A DNA stretch of 64,000 nucleotides from an uncultured Bacilli bacterium (GTDB lineage: Bacteria; Bacillota_I; Bacilli_A; RF39; UBA660), in contig CANQFD010000001.1 of NCBI GenBank assembly GCA_947598325.1, positions 48,217-112,216 on the forward strand, given 5' to 3'. Below the pieces are notes generated by a model. It was not told where the DNA came from. It did no database searches and worked only from the letters and a program-made list of their open reading frames with translations. The translations under genes and the position numbers were made by a program. Of the stretch, positions 40,601 through 51,995 are shown in pieces. Position 1 is the stretch's first letter. Every line of letters starts with the position of its first letter.

Positions 40601-41551
40601 TTATAATAATTTTTTCTTTTTTAAATATATTGCTAAAATTATAGCTAAAATACCAGAACAAACTATAATTATAGCAAATGATAAATCCATATTTTCAAAT
40701 TTTCCAAGTGGTACATTCATACCCATAAATGATGATATCATAGTTGGTATTGAAAATATAATTGTAATGCTAGTTAATATTTTCATAGCTTGGTTTAGAT
40801 TATTTGATATTATAGTTGCATATGCATCAGTTACACTACTTAATATTTCTCTATATATATTAGCCATTTCTATTCCCTGCTTATTTTCTATTTGAGCATC
40901 TTCTAACAAATCTAAATCATCAGGAAACATCTCTATTATATTACCTTTTGCAATCTTGTCTATTAATATATCATTTTCTTTAAGTGATGTTATAAAATAA
41001 ACTAAACTTTTCTCAATATTTAATACACTTATTAGTTCTTTATTTTCAGTAGAATTATATAGATTTTTCTCACTTTTATCAATATTGTTATTTATTAGTT
41101 TTAAATATTTTAAATATAATTTTGCATTTTCATATAAAATTTGTATAGCAAATCTTGATTTCATTGAAGTTTGAATATTTTTTACTCTACCACTCTTTAT
41201 TATTCCAAGAACCTCTTGTTTTTTTGATGATATAGTTAAAATATAGTTATCATTACTTATTATTATTCCAAGAGGAAGAGTTGAATATTTATTATGCCTT
41301 CCTTCAATATATGGACAATCAACTACAATTAAAGTTGAATTACCTTCAATTTCTACCCTTGGAATTTCTTCTTCATCTAATAGTTTTAAAATTAAATCTT
41401 TATTAATTTTTGTTTTTTTAACAACATCGTCTATTTCACTTACTGAAGGAGAAACTAAATTAATCCAACAATTTTTTTCTATATCATCTATCTTTCTTAT
41501 ATTTAATTCTTTATCAGTCTTATATATTTTAATCATAACTAGATCCTCCAA
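40601..41551 (-). CDS. corA: CorA-family magnesium/cobalt transporter.
   Basis: C-terminal FMGMNVPL (the GMN motif) followed by a TM helix. Confidence 0.8.
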   Translation of the reverse strand: MEDLVMIKIYKTDKELNIRKIDDIEKNCWINLVSPSVSEIDDVVKKTKINKDLILKLLDEEEIPRVEIEGNSTLIVVDCPYIEGRHNKYSTLPLGIIISNDNYILTISSKKQEVLGIIKSGRVKNIQTSMKSRFAIQILYENAKLYLKYLKLINNNIDKSEKNLYNSTENKELISVLNIEKSLVYFITSLKENDILIDKIAKGNIIEMFPDDLDLLEDAQIENKQGIEMANIYREILSSVTDAYATIISNNLNQAMKILTSITIIFSIPTMISSFMGMNVPLGKFENMDLSFAIIIVCSGILAIILAIYLKKKKLL

Positions 41552-41744
41552 ATCAATTATTAATATATTTTAAATCAAATAAAAAAAGCTTGTAAAAGAC
41601 ATTTTTATACAAATATATTATTCCTATTTTATCTTTTTCACTAATATCATTTATATACCTTTTCCCCTTCAATTTCCCATATAATAGCATAAAATTTTTT
41701 CTTTGTAAAGTTATAAAAATAACAAGAAAAAAAGGATATACATC

Positions 41745-42725
41745 CTAATTTTCTGCTTCTTCTAGCATATTAGTTATAAATATACCATACCCTTTTTTAC
41801 AGTCATCTACTATTACATGTGTAACAGCTCCGATTATTTTACCATTTTGTATTATTGGAGAACCGCTCATTCCTTGTACAATTCCCCCTGCATTTTTTAA
41901 TAATTTTTCATCTGTTATTGTAAATACAATATTTTTTGTTTCATCTTTAGGATTTAAGTTATCAATATTTATAGTATAGGATTCTATTGTTTCACCATCT
42001 AAAACTGTTAGTATTGTTGCAAGTCCTTTATTAATATCTTCACTATTTGCAACCTCATATAAATTACTATCATCTAATTTTGCAGTATATGTACCAAATA
42101 TTCCTTTTACTGTATTTTCATCAATTTTACCATAATTTTTACTTGAATCTACTGTTGCTTCTTTTTCACCTGGAGTACCGCTGGTTGACTTTGTTATTCC
42201 CGTTATATATGAATAGTATATCGAACCATCATCTACATTTAAGATACTTTCAGTGTTTTTATCTAATATTTCGTGACCTAATGCACCAAATTTTTTTGTT
42301 TTTGGATCTATAAATGTCAAAGTACCTATTCCATTTATTGAGTCTTTAACATATAATCCTGTTTTGAGTTCTCCGTTTGACTCTAAAATATTTAATGAAG
42401 TATTATAATTTTTCTTATCTCTAATATATTCTATATCTATACTCTTTTTATCGTCATCATTATTTATCTCTCTTGTAAAATCGGAAATACTGCTAACGTT
42501 ATTATTATTTACTTTTGTTATATAATCTCCTGCTTTAAGTCCAGAAGATTCTGCAATTAACTTATCATCGATTTTATAAAGACCTATAACTAATATTCCT
42601 TTAGTTTTTACTTCTATACCTATATTTTGTCCTCCTACAATTAGTTTATTTGAATAAGCTAATATATTTGTTGGTATAATAAGTAATGTAAGTAGAAGCA
42701 TTAAAAAAATTTTTTTAAATTTCAT
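41745..42725 (-). CDS. spoIVB: SpoIVB peptidase (S55) with a PDZ domain.
   Basis: A signal peptide, a PDZ domain (GLKAGDYITKVNN), GTLTFIDPKTKKFGALGHEI, and the catalytic GIVQGMSGSPII. Confidence 0.8.
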   Translation of the reverse strand: MKFKKIFLMLLLTLLIIPTNILAYSNKLIVGGQNIGIEVKTKGILVIGLYKIDDKLIAESSGLKAGDYITKVNNNNVSSISDFTREINNDDDKKSIDIEYIRDKKNYNTSLNILESNGELKTGLYVKDSINGIGTLTFIDPKTKKFGALGHEILDKNTESILNVDDGSIYYSYITGITKSTSGTPGEKEATVDSSKNYGKIDENTVKGIFGTYTAKLDDSNLYEVANSEDINKGLATILTVLDGETIESYTINIDNLNPKDETKNIVFTITDEKLLKNAGGIVQGMSGSPIIQNGKIIGAVTHVIVDDCKKGYGIFITNMLEEAEN

Positions 42726-42827
42726 ATAAATACTCCTTTGTAATCCGAATTACATTATTATTATGGAATATAAAAATAAATATATAGCATTTAAAAAATA
42801 CCAATTTTTATGGCACTTTTTAGAAAA

Positions 42828-43349
42828 TTAATTTATTTTTGGTAAATACTTAAGTTTAAATATATCATTATTAATAAATAAGTTTATATCATCTATAAAT
42901 AATTGTGATGTAAATTTATCTTTGTATTTTATATAATTAATTTTATTATTTTTTATATTAAATCTCTTAATTATTGTACCAATACTAGGATTAAATCTAT
43001 ATACAAAATAAAATTCTTTTGCATTTCTATTCATTACAACAGTTACAAAATCAAGTTTATCACAAGCTTGTGAATCATTTGTATTTATATAATTAAAATA
43101 TAAATACTCATTTAATAAAATTATTTTAGATGAAATATCTAAAGAACCTTTCTTATAATTAGATATATTTTCAATAGTTTTTTTAAATTCATCAATTAAT
43201 TCCTCATTATTTTCATATTTTTCATATAAATAAATAAGTCTTTGAAAATCTTTTTTAATAATTTTTGTCATTTCATTATATTTTTCATTTGATATTTCTT
43301 CATTGTCATCATGTATATATTCAAAAACATCCATAAATAAATCCTCCAT
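42828..43349 (-). CDS. Hypothetical protein (173 aa).
   Basis: The ORF is the only evidence. I recognise no motif. Confidence 0.4.
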   Translation of the reverse strand: MEDLFMDVFEYIHDDNEEISNEKYNEMTKIIKKDFQRLIYLYEKYENNEELIDEFKKTIENISNYKKGSLDISSKIILLNEYLYFNYINTNDSQACDKLDFVTVVMNRNAKEFYFVYRFNPSIGTIIKRFNIKNNKINYIKYKDKFTSQLFIDDINLFINNDIFKLKYLPKIN

Positions 43350-43386
43350 TTTTATTATAACTATTATTTTATTTTCTATAATTACA

Positions 43387-43608
43387 CTATTCTTCTGTTT
43401 TAAATTCTTCTAGATTTCCATTTTCACTTAATATTTGATTAACAGCTTTTTCAGCATTATCTAATTTTTCAGAACACTCTTTAGCTAAATTCATAGCTTC
43501 AGTATACTTTTTTATTGCATTGTCTAAATCTACATTACCAGCTTCTAATTCCTTAATTATATTTTCTAAATCATTTAATTTTTCTTCAAAATTTTTTTCA
43601 TTTTTCAT
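43387..43608 (-). CDS. xseB: Exodeoxyribonuclease VII small subunit.
   Basis: FEEKLNDLENIIKELEAGNVDLDNAIKKYTEAMNLAKEC. Confidence 0.8.
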   Translation of the reverse strand: MKNEKNFEEKLNDLENIIKELEAGNVDLDNAIKKYTEAMNLAKECSEKLDNAEKAVNQILSENGNLEEFKTEE

Positions 43609-44878
43609 TTTTATTCTCCTTCACATCTATAACTTCTGTTTTTATTATCCCATCTTCAAATGTTATATCTAAATTTTCTTTTAATTTTATATTTTTAACA
43701 GAATTTATTACTTTATTTTTCTTTTTAGTTATTGTATATCCTCTTTTTAAAGTATTGAGTGGATTTAATACTTCAAGTTTATTTAATAAATTTACATATG
43801 AGTTATTTTTATTTTCAAACATTCTTTTTGGATTAGTAAATAAATAACTACTTTTTATACCTTCCAATCTAATTTTATTTGAATTTAAAATACTAAGCAT
43901 TACATTTTTAGTTCTTTCTAATAAATTTGATAATTTTTCTTCCTTTACTTCATATATACTCATTGGACTTTTAAGTATATAACTATCTAAAACCTTATTT
44001 AAATAATATCTATTATTATCTACTTTATCTTTTATATTTTTAGAAAGTCTTATTTTATATTGATTTATAAGTTTTTTAAGTTCTTCTTTTGATGGTACTG
44101 CTATTTCAGCTGCTCCTGTTGGAGTTGCTGCACGAATATCTGCAACAAAATCTGCTATTGTAAAGTCTATTTCATGTCCAACTGCACTTATTACAGGAGT
44201 TTTACATTCAAATATAGCTCTTGCTACTATTTCTTCATTAAATGCCCATAAATCTTCTATTGAGCCTCCTCCTCTTCCAACAATTAATGTATCAAGATTA
44301 TATGAATCAGCAAGTTTTATATTTTCTACTATATTTTCAGCTGCTTCTTTTCCTTGTACTAGGGATGGAAAAAGAATCACCTCACATAAAGGATATCTTC
44401 TATTAACTGTTGAAATAATATCCTTAATAGCGGCTCCTGTAGGTGCTGTTATTACACCAATACGTTTAGGAATCTTTGGTATTTCCTTTTTATATCTTGT
44501 ATCAAATAATCCTTCTTCTTTTAATTTTTGTTTTAATTTTTCAAAAAGTGCATATAAATTTCCTACACCATCTTCTATCATTTCTGTTACATATATTTGA
44601 TAATTTCCAGTTGCTTCAAATACACTTATTCTTCCTTTTACTAGTACTTTCATACCATCAACAGGTTCAAAATTTATATTTTTTGTATTTGATGCAAACA
44701 TAATAGCATTTATTCTTGATTCTTCATCTTTTATAGTAAAATAAAAATGACCTCTAGTATGATGTTTAAAATTAGATATTTCTCCTTTTATATATACATC
44801 TTGCAAATTAGAATCATTATCTAATTTATATTTTATATATCTAGTTAAAGCAGCAACTGTAATATAATTGTTATTCAT
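43598..44878 (-). CDS. xseA: Exodeoxyribonuclease VII large subunit.
   Basis: OB-fold N-terminus (GEISNFKHHTRGHFYFTIKDE) and the catalytic domain. I chose the start at 44878 because of a GGTGAGGA RBS; it overlaps the nusB stop. Confidence 0.85.
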   Translation of the reverse strand: MNNNYITVAALTRYIKYKLDNDSNLQDVYIKGEISNFKHHTRGHFYFTIKDEESRINAIMFASNTKNINFEPVDGMKVLVKGRISVFEATGNYQIYVTEMIEDGVGNLYALFEKLKQKLKEEGLFDTRYKKEIPKIPKRIGVITAPTGAAIKDIISTVNRRYPLCEVILFPSLVQGKEAAENIVENIKLADSYNLDTLIVGRGGGSIEDLWAFNEEIVARAIFECKTPVISAVGHEIDFTIADFVADIRAATPTGAAEIAVPSKEELKKLINQYKIRLSKNIKDKVDNNRYYLNKVLDSYILKSPMSIYEVKEEKLSNLLERTKNVMLSILNSNKIRLEGIKSSYLFTNPKRMFENKNNSYVNLLNKLEVLNPLNTLKRGYTITKKKNKVINSVKNIKLKENLDITFEDGIIKTEVIDVKENKNEK

Positions 44879-45272
44879 AATCCTCACCATGATAAATACT
44901 ATCAAGTACTGCATTTATCATATTTTTAACCTTTTCATCAGAATATTCTTTTGCAAGTTCAACAGCCTCATTAATAGCTACTATTTCAGGTGTATCTGTG
45001 TAAACAAGCTCATATATTCCCATTCTAAGTATTGCTTGATCAGTTTTACCAAGTCTATCAATAGTCCAATCTTTTAAATGTTTATTAGCAATTTTATCTA
45101 TATCATTTTTATATTCTAATACTCCATTTACCATACTATTAACAAAATTATTCTCAATACTTATTGATTCTTTTATAACTTCGTCAACTTCATATTCTAT
45201 ATTATTAGACTCATATAAGAAAATTTGATATAGTATCGTCATTATTTTTTTTCTAAGTTCAGATCTATTCAT
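44871..45272 (-). CDS. nusB: Transcription antitermination factor NusB.
   Basis: DRLGKTDQAILRMGIYELVY, the ARM-binding helices. Confidence 0.85.
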   Translation of the reverse strand: MNRSELRKKIMTILYQIFLYESNNIEYEVDEVIKESISIENNFVNSMVNGVLEYKNDIDKIANKHLKDWTIDRLGKTDQAILRMGIYELVYTDTPEIVAINEAVELAKEYSDEKVKNMINAVLDSIYHGEDYE

Positions 45273-45323
45273 TTTATCACCTACTACCTACATTTTATCA
45301 TACAAATATAAAAAAAGCTATTT

Positions 45324-45917
45324 TCAAGAAGCTTTTTTAAGTTTTTTCTTATAAGTACGTGTTTTTTTTGGATTAATATAATAAAACAAGTTAATTATAA
45401 GTCTTATTAGTGTTAAAGTAATTACTGATATTCCAATAATAAATTTTAATTTTATAGTATTTTCTTTTATAACATAATTTTCGTTTGAAAATGCTATACT
45501 ATAAATATTTTTATCAGCTTCTTCCATTTCTAGTTGATTTTTTATTTCTAATTTTTCACCTTCTAAATTTATTAATTCACCATTAACCTTATCAGTAACT
45601 GCAGTATTTTCTTTTAAAAATATTAATAAAATATTATTGTCATATATTAATTTATATGTATTTACTTCAATTTTATTATTTTGATCATTTTTAAGTGAAA
45701 ATCTAGTAAGACTAGCATCTGTTAAATCAACAGTAACATATTTTTTATTTTGCTTTATCATTTTGTTAAATGTTTTTTTATTTGATATTACATTATTTGA
45801 AGAAAATACTTGATCATAATCTTCAATATTTACTATCGTTATAAATAGTGTAACAGCTAATATAATAATATCTAAAATAATATTTTCTGCTCTTTTTTTT
45901 CTAATATTATTCAACAT
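45324..45917 (-). CDS. Hypothetical membrane protein with TM helices at both ends.
   Basis: 197-aa ORF. I recognise no motif. Confidence 0.4.
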   Translation of the reverse strand: MLNNIRKKRAENIILDIIILAVTLFITIVNIEDYDQVFSSNNVISNKKTFNKMIKQNKKYVTVDLTDASLTRFSLKNDQNNKIEVNTYKLIYDNNILLIFLKENTAVTDKVNGELINLEGEKLEIKNQLEMEEADKNIYSIAFSNENYVIKENTIKLKFIIGISVITLTLIRLIINLFYYINPKKTRTYKKKLKKAS

Positions 45918-46071
45918 TATATCATTCTCCTATCTATGATTATAACATGCATGTTATTTGATGTAAATTATTAATTAAAAGAAAAACTTAATATTAATTA
46001 TCAAAAAAAATTAGTAATAAATTACCAATTTTTTTAATTATATTCTGATATAATTTTCAATATTTAATTTT

Positions 46072-48606
46072 TTATTTTAATTTTTTCTTTAATTCAAATA
46101 ATTTATTAATAGCATCTATTGGTGTCATTTCAAGGATATTTAACTTTCTTAACTCTTCTTCTATTTCATTTTGTTTATCTTCTTCAAAAGTTAATGATAT
46201 TTGTTTTACATTACTATTACTTGGTTTTTCCTTTGCTTCATATTCTTTTAAAATTTCTTCTGCTCTTATTATAAGTTCATCAGGTAATTTTGCAAGTTTT
46301 GCTACATGTATTCCATAACTTTTATCAATACTACCATCTTTTATTTTATGAAGAAATATTATATTTCCATCTTCTTCTTTAGCTGAAACATGTACATTTT
46401 TTAATTTTTTATGTGTTTTTTCTAAATCTGTTAGTTCATGATAGTGAGTTGAAAAAAATGTTTTTGCTCCTACTTTATCATGTATATATTCAATTATAGC
46501 TGCTGCTAAACTCATACCATCAAATGTTGCAGTTCCTCTACCTAATTCATCAAACAAGATTAAACTATCTTCTGTTGCATTTAAAATTGCATTATTAGCT
46601 TCCATCATCTCAACCATAAATGTTGATTCTCCAGAAACTAAATCATCACTAGCTCCTATTCTTGTAAATATCTTATCAAATATAGGAATATTAGCAAAAT
46701 CTGCTGGAATAAATGAGCCTATTTGAGCCATAATAGATATCATAGCCATTTGCCTCATAAATGTTGATTTACCAGCCATATTAGGTCCAGTTATTAACAT
46801 AACTGTAGTATCTTTATTAAATATAATATCATTTGGTGTAAATTCTTTTCCTACAAGTACTTTTTCAATAACAGGATGTCTTGCACCCTTTACATCAATT
46901 ATATGTTCATCATTAAGTTTAGGTCTTATATAGTTATTTTCTTCTGCACACACTGCAAGAGATGCTAAAACATCTATTTCACTTAGGGTGTGTGCTAGAT
47001 CTTGAAATTGTGAAATATATGATTTTATTTTATCCCTAATTTCAATAAATAGTTCATATTCAAGTGATATTATTTTTTCTTCTGCACCTAATATAAGAGC
47101 TTCTTTTTCTTTTAATAAAGGTGTTATAAATCTTTCACAATTTGATAATGTTTGTTTTCTTTCATATCCATATTCTTCTTTTATTTCTTTACAAGCTGCT
47201 TTACTTACTTCTATATAATACCCAAATATTCTATTGTAACCTAGTTTAAGTGTTTTAATACCTGTTCTTTGTCTTTCTTCTTTTTCCATATTAGATACAA
47301 AGTCTTTATTACCTTTTCTTGAACTTTTAAGTTCATCAAGTTCACTATTATATCCTTCTTTTATAAGATATCCTTCTTTTATGCTAATTGGAGCATCCTC
47401 ATAAATAGATTTATCTAAAAGATCATATATATCTGTAAATTCGTTTATTTCCTTATAATTTATAATTTTCAATATTTTATTTATATCTGGTAATACCTTT
47501 AGAGAATTTTTTAGTTGAATTAAGTCTCTTGCATTAGCAGACCCAAAAGAAATCTTTCCTGACAATCTTTCTAAATCATATATTGAAGATAAAAGCTCTC
47601 TAAGTTCTTCTTTTAATATAAACTCTTTTATAAGTGTCTCTATAATATTATACCTTTCTTCTATTTTATTTTTATCAATAAGTGGATTTAAAATATAATT
47701 TTTAAGTTTTCTTGCTCCCATTGCTGTTTTTGTTTTATCAAGTAACCATAAAAGTGAATATTTTTTTTCTTTTGTTCTAATATTTTCTACTAATTCTAGA
47801 TTTCTTTTAGTATGTATATCCATTTTTAAAAAAGAATTTTCTCTAACTATTATCAATTTTTGAAGATGAGATAAACTTCTTTTTTGAGTTTCTTCTAAAT
47901 AAGATAATAAATGTTTTACTGCTTCAGTTATTCTTTCATCATTTACATCAGAGTAAATATAACTATATTCCTCTTTAGTATTCATATTATTATAAATAGA
48001 TATTGTTATATTATAATTTCTTTTTAGAGTATCTAATATTAATTTATCAAAGTCTGTTTTTATAACAACTTCTTTAATATTTCTTGAGATAATTTCAGAT
48101 ATTAATAAATCTATGTCATGAGATATAACAAATGCATAAAACTCACCTGTTGTTATATCTGCATAACTAACTACATACGCATATTCTAAATCTATTATAT
48201 TTCCTATGTAATTATTTTCACCTTCATCAATAAATTCACTATTCATACGAGTTCCTGAAGATATAATTTGAACTATATCCCTTTTTACTATTCCTTTTGC
48301 ATTCTTAGGATCTTCTGTTTGTTCACAAATTGCAACTTTATAACCTTTTTCTACTAATTTCTCAATATATATATTAGAAGAATGATATGGTATACCACAC
48401 ATAGGAACTCTTTCATCTAATCCACAACTTTTACCAGTTAAAGTAAGTTCAAGTTCTTTAGATGCTGTAATGGCATCTTCAAAAAACATCTCATAAAAGT
48501 CCCCTAATCTAAAAAATAATATATTATCTAAGTTCTTTTCCTTTATATCTAAATATTGTTTCATCATTGGAGTTATTCTACTCTTATCTACTTCACTACG
48601 AATCAT
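46072..48606 (-). CDS. mutS: DNA mismatch repair protein MutS.
   Basis: TPMMKQYLDIKEKNLDNILFFRLGDFYEMFFEDA (mismatch-binding domain) and Walker A GPNMAGKST. Confidence 0.9.
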   Translation of the reverse strand: MIRSEVDKSRITPMMKQYLDIKEKNLDNILFFRLGDFYEMFFEDAITASKELELTLTGKSCGLDERVPMCGIPYHSSNIYIEKLVEKGYKVAICEQTEDPKNAKGIVKRDIVQIISSGTRMNSEFIDEGENNYIGNIIDLEYAYVVSYADITTGEFYAFVISHDIDLLISEIISRNIKEVVIKTDFDKLILDTLKRNYNITISIYNNMNTKEEYSYIYSDVNDERITEAVKHLLSYLEETQKRSLSHLQKLIIVRENSFLKMDIHTKRNLELVENIRTKEKKYSLLWLLDKTKTAMGARKLKNYILNPLIDKNKIEERYNIIETLIKEFILKEELRELLSSIYDLERLSGKISFGSANARDLIQLKNSLKVLPDINKILKIINYKEINEFTDIYDLLDKSIYEDAPISIKEGYLIKEGYNSELDELKSSRKGNKDFVSNMEKEERQRTGIKTLKLGYNRIFGYYIEVSKAACKEIKEEYGYERKQTLSNCERFITPLLKEKEALILGAEEKIISLEYELFIEIRDKIKSYISQFQDLAHTLSEIDVLASLAVCAEENNYIRPKLNDEHIIDVKGARHPVIEKVLVGKEFTPNDIIFNKDTTVMLITGPNMAGKSTFMRQMAMISIMAQIGSFIPADFANIPIFDKIFTRIGASDDLVSGESTFMVEMMEANNAILNATEDSLILFDELGRGTATFDGMSLAAAIIEYIHDKVGAKTFFSTHYHELTDLEKTHKKLKNVHVSAKEEDGNIIFLHKIKDGSIDKSYGIHVAKLAKLPDELIIRAEEILKEYEAKEKPSNSNVKQISLTFEEDKQNEIEEELRKLNILEMTPIDAINKLFELKKKLK

Positions 48607-48672
48607 AATACAACCATCACCTAGAAAAATTATATCATTTTTTTAAAAGTTATTCTACAAAAAAACCATTTA

Positions 48673-48972
48673 TTAATCTACTTTTATAAATGGTTCAAAT
48701 AAATCATATCCAAAAAAATATATTAAAGATGCACTTACTATCAAAAATAATATTAGTCCAATTTGTATCCTTCCAATTATCTTGTCATCTATTTTTTTTC
48801 TTTCTTTTTTTTCTTCTATAATATTATTATCAGTAATATCTTCAATGACATCTATTTTATCATCATTAGGATTTACAATAGGTGTAAAATCAGATTCATC
48901 TAATACTTCTATATCGTCTTCTTTAGGAGTAATTATTGATGATAATGAAATTATATTGTCTTCTTTATTCAT
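48673..48972 (-). CDS. Small acidic protein with a C-terminal TM anchor (99 aa).
   Basis: ORF. The N-terminus is rich in Asp/Glu and the C-terminal helix reads IGLILFLIVSASLIYFFGY. Confidence 0.35.
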   Translation of the reverse strand: MNKEDNIISLSSIITPKEDDIEVLDESDFTPIVNPNDDKIDVIEDITDNNIIEEKKERKKIDDKIIGRIQIGLILFLIVSASLIYFFGYDLFEPFIKVD

Positions 48973-49020
48973 TAGTCCCTCCTATTCTTATAAATAATTA
49001 TACTACTTTTTTTTGATTTT

Positions 49021-50118
49021 TCAAATAAAATTAACTAAAATATCATTACAAACATAAATATATTTATAATTAATAAAAATATTATCTTTATCCTCAATTA
49101 AATATCCTTTATCAATAAGATCCTTTATATTATATACATCTATTAAATTTATATTATACTTTTCTTTAAAGTCATTTTTATTTATTCCTTTTATTTTTCT
49201 AAAACCAAGTATTAATTCATATTTTATTTTATCCTCTTTTGATATTTTTTCTTCTTTTGCTACAATTTTTCCATTTAAATATTTATTTAAATTTTTCGTA
49301 TTTGTATATCTTATATCTTCTATATAACCTGAAGAAGATAATCCAAAACCGTAATATTTATTATTATTCCAGTAACATAAGTTATGTTTTGATTCATATC
49401 CTTTTTTTGAAAAATTACTTATTTCATAATGATTATATGAATAATCTTTTAATGTTTTACATATTAGTTTATACATCTCATAATCTAAATCTTCATCTAT
49501 TTGCTTTATTTTATCATTATAAAATTTAGTATGTTCTTCTAAAATTAATGAATAACAAGAAACATGAGGAATATCTAGAGATATTATTTTTAATATATCT
49601 TCTTTTAAATCTTTTATACTTTGATTTTCAAATGCATACATTATATCTACATTTATATTTTTAAAATACTTTTTTGATAAATTTAACTTATCTATAATAT
49701 CTATATTATAATCTCTACCCAAGTATTTTAATATTCTTTTATTGAAACTTTGAATACCAATACTTAATCTATTTATTTTATTTTTTTTAAATATTTGTAA
49801 TTTTTCTTCTGTAATATCTTCAATATTACATTCTATTGTAAACTCATAATTATCTTCTAAATTAAATATTTTTGTTATACTAAATAACTTATTTAACTCA
49901 TCATTACTTAACATAGACGGTGTACCTCCGCCAATATATATTGTATTTATATATTCATTTTTGTACTTTATTTTTATCTCTTTTTCTAATTCATTTAAAT
50001 ATTTTTTTATCCAATTTTTATTATAATAAAATTTACAAAAATCACAATAATTACAAATATTTTTACAAAAAGGTATATGTATATAAATACTTTTTACTTT
50101 ATCTTTTATTTTTTCCAA
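49021..50118 (-). CDS. hemW: Radical SAM heme chaperone HemW (HemN-like, oxygen-independent).
   Basis: CxxxCxxC motif IYIHIPFCKNICNYCDFC and a HemN C-terminal domain. It lies downstream of lepA, as in B. subtilis. Confidence 0.8.
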   Translation of the reverse strand: MEKIKDKVKSIYIHIPFCKNICNYCDFCKFYYNKNWIKKYLNELEKEIKIKYKNEYINTIYIGGGTPSMLSNDELNKLFSITKIFNLEDNYEFTIECNIEDITEEKLQIFKKNKINRLSIGIQSFNKRILKYLGRDYNIDIIDKLNLSKKYFKNINVDIMYAFENQSIKDLKEDILKIISLDIPHVSCYSLILEEHTKFYNDKIKQIDEDLDYEMYKLICKTLKDYSYNHYEISNFSKKGYESKHNLCYWNNNKYYGFGLSSSGYIEDIRYTNTKNLNKYLNGKIVAKEEKISKEDKIKYELILGFRKIKGINKNDFKEKYNINLIDVYNIKDLIDKGYLIEDKDNIFINYKYIYVCNDILVNFI

Positions 50119-50135
50119 TATTTCCTCCCATTAAA

Positions 50136-51932
50136 TTATTCACTATCTGATTTTAATACTTCTAAAAATGTTTCTGGAGCTACTTCAACACTACCTATCA
50201 TCTTCATTTTTTTCTTTCCTTCTTTTTGCTTTTCTAACAGTTTCCTTTTTCTTGATATATCTCCACCATAACATTTAGCTAAAACATTTTTTCTATTTGC
50301 CTTTATATCACATCTTGCAATTACTTTACTACCAATACATGCTTGAATAGGTATTTCAAACATTTGTCTTGGTATTAATTCTTTTAATTTATTAACTATA
50401 CTTTTTCCTCTATTATAAGCAAAATCTTTATGAGTTATTATACTAAGAGCATCAACCATATCACCATTTAATAATATATCCATTTTTACTAAATCACTTT
50501 GTTTATATCCTATATATTCATAATCAAATGATGCATAACCTTTACTATAAGATTTTAATTTATCAAAAAAATCATATACTATTTCTGATAAAGGTAGCTC
50601 ATAATGTATATTAACTCTTTCTTTATTAATATAATCCATTGATATAAATGTTCCTCTTTTTTCTTGAGCTAATTCCATTATAGGACCAATATAATTACTT
50701 GGAACAAATATATTTGTTTTTATATAAGGTTCTTCAATTTTACTAATCATTTGTCTATCAGGAAATTTTCCTGGATTATCTATATTAATAACTTCATTAT
50801 TAGTTAAGGTTACTTTATATATAACAGATGGACTTGTAAGTATCAATTCAATATTAAACTCTCTTTCTATCCTTTCTTTTATAATATCCATATGAAGAAG
50901 ACCTAAAAATCCGCATCTAAAACCAAAACCTAATGCTTCACTTGTTTCTGGTTCAAAAGTTAATGATGAATCATTTAGTGATAATTTTAAAAGAGCATCT
51001 CTTAAATCATTATATTTATTTGTTTCTATAGGATATACCCCACAAAATACCATTGATTTAATTGATTTATAACCTGGAAGTGGTTCTTTTGCTTCATTAT
51101 TAGCTAATGTTACTGTATCACCTATTTTAACATCTTTTATATTTTTAATAGAAGCACAAATGTATCCAACATCACCAGATGAAAGTTCTTTTACTTTTTC
51201 TTCCTTTGGAGTACTTACTCCAAGTTCAGTAACATCATAGATTCCACCTGTACTCATTAATTTAATTTTATCTCCTAGCTTTACCTTACCATCTACAATT
51301 CTTGTTTGAATTACAACACCTCTATATGAATCAAACACACTATCAAATATTAATGCTTTTAAATAATCATTTTCATTACCTTTAGGAGCAGGTATTCTAT
51401 CAATTATAGCATCTAGTAATTCCTCAATACCGACACCTGTTTTAGCACTTGTCAAAATAATTTCATCATAAGAAAAGCCTAAAGTTTCATGGAGTTCTTT
51501 TTTTACATTTTCTACATTTGCATTAGGTAAATCAATTTTATTAATTACTGGAATTATCTTTAAATCATTTTCCATAGCCAAATATAGATTAGCTAAAGTT
51601 TGTGCTTCAATTCCTTGAGCTGCATCAACAACTAAAATAGCACCTTCACATGCGGCAAGTGATCTTGATACTTCATATGAAAAATCTACATGACCTGGTG
51701 TATCTATTAAATGAAAAATATATCCTTTATAATTTAATTTTACAGCATTAAGCTTAATCGTAATACCTCTTTCTCTTTCAAGTTCCATGCTATCTAAAAG
51801 TTGATTTTTACTTTCTCTTTGTGATACTGCTCCTGTTATTTCTAAAATTCTATCTGCTAGAGTACTTTTACCATGATCTATATGCGCGATTATTGAAAAA
51901 TTTCTAATTTTATTTTGATTCATAAATGTCAC
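50136..51932 (-). CDS. lepA: Elongation factor 4 (LepA).
   Basis: [21 protein letters not shown]-domain and the LepA-specific C-terminal domain. Confidence 0.95.
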   Translation of the reverse strand: MTFMNQNKIRNFSIIAHIDHGKSTLADRILEITGAVSQRESKNQLLDSMELERERGITIKLNAVKLNYKGYIFHLIDTPGHVDFSYEVSRSLAACEGAILVVDAAQGIEAQTLANLYLAMENDLKIIPVINKIDLPNANVENVKKELHETLGFSYDEIILTSAKTGVGIEELLDAIIDRIPAPKGNENDYLKALIFDSVFDSYRGVVIQTRIVDGKVKLGDKIKLMSTGGIYDVTELGVSTPKEEKVKELSSGDVGYICASIKNIKDVKIGDTVTLANNEAKEPLPGYKSIKSMVFCGVYPIETNKYNDLRDALLKLSLNDSSLTFEPETSEALGFGFRCGFLGLLHMDIIKERIEREFNIELILTSPSVIYKVTLTNNEVINIDNPGKFPDRQMISKIEEPYIKTNIFVPSNYIGPIMELAQEKRGTFISMDYINKERVNIHYELPLSEIVYDFFDKLKSYSKGYASFDYEYIGYKQSDLVKMDILLNGDMVDALSIITHKDFAYNRGKSIVNKLKELIPRQMFEIPIQACIGSKVIARCDIKANRKNVLAKCYGGDISRKRKLLEKQKEGKKKMKMIGSVEVAPETFLEVLKSDSE

Positions 51933-51995
51933 CTACAACAATTATACATTATTTTTTTGAATAAAAAAATAGTTAAATAAATAACTATTTAAATT

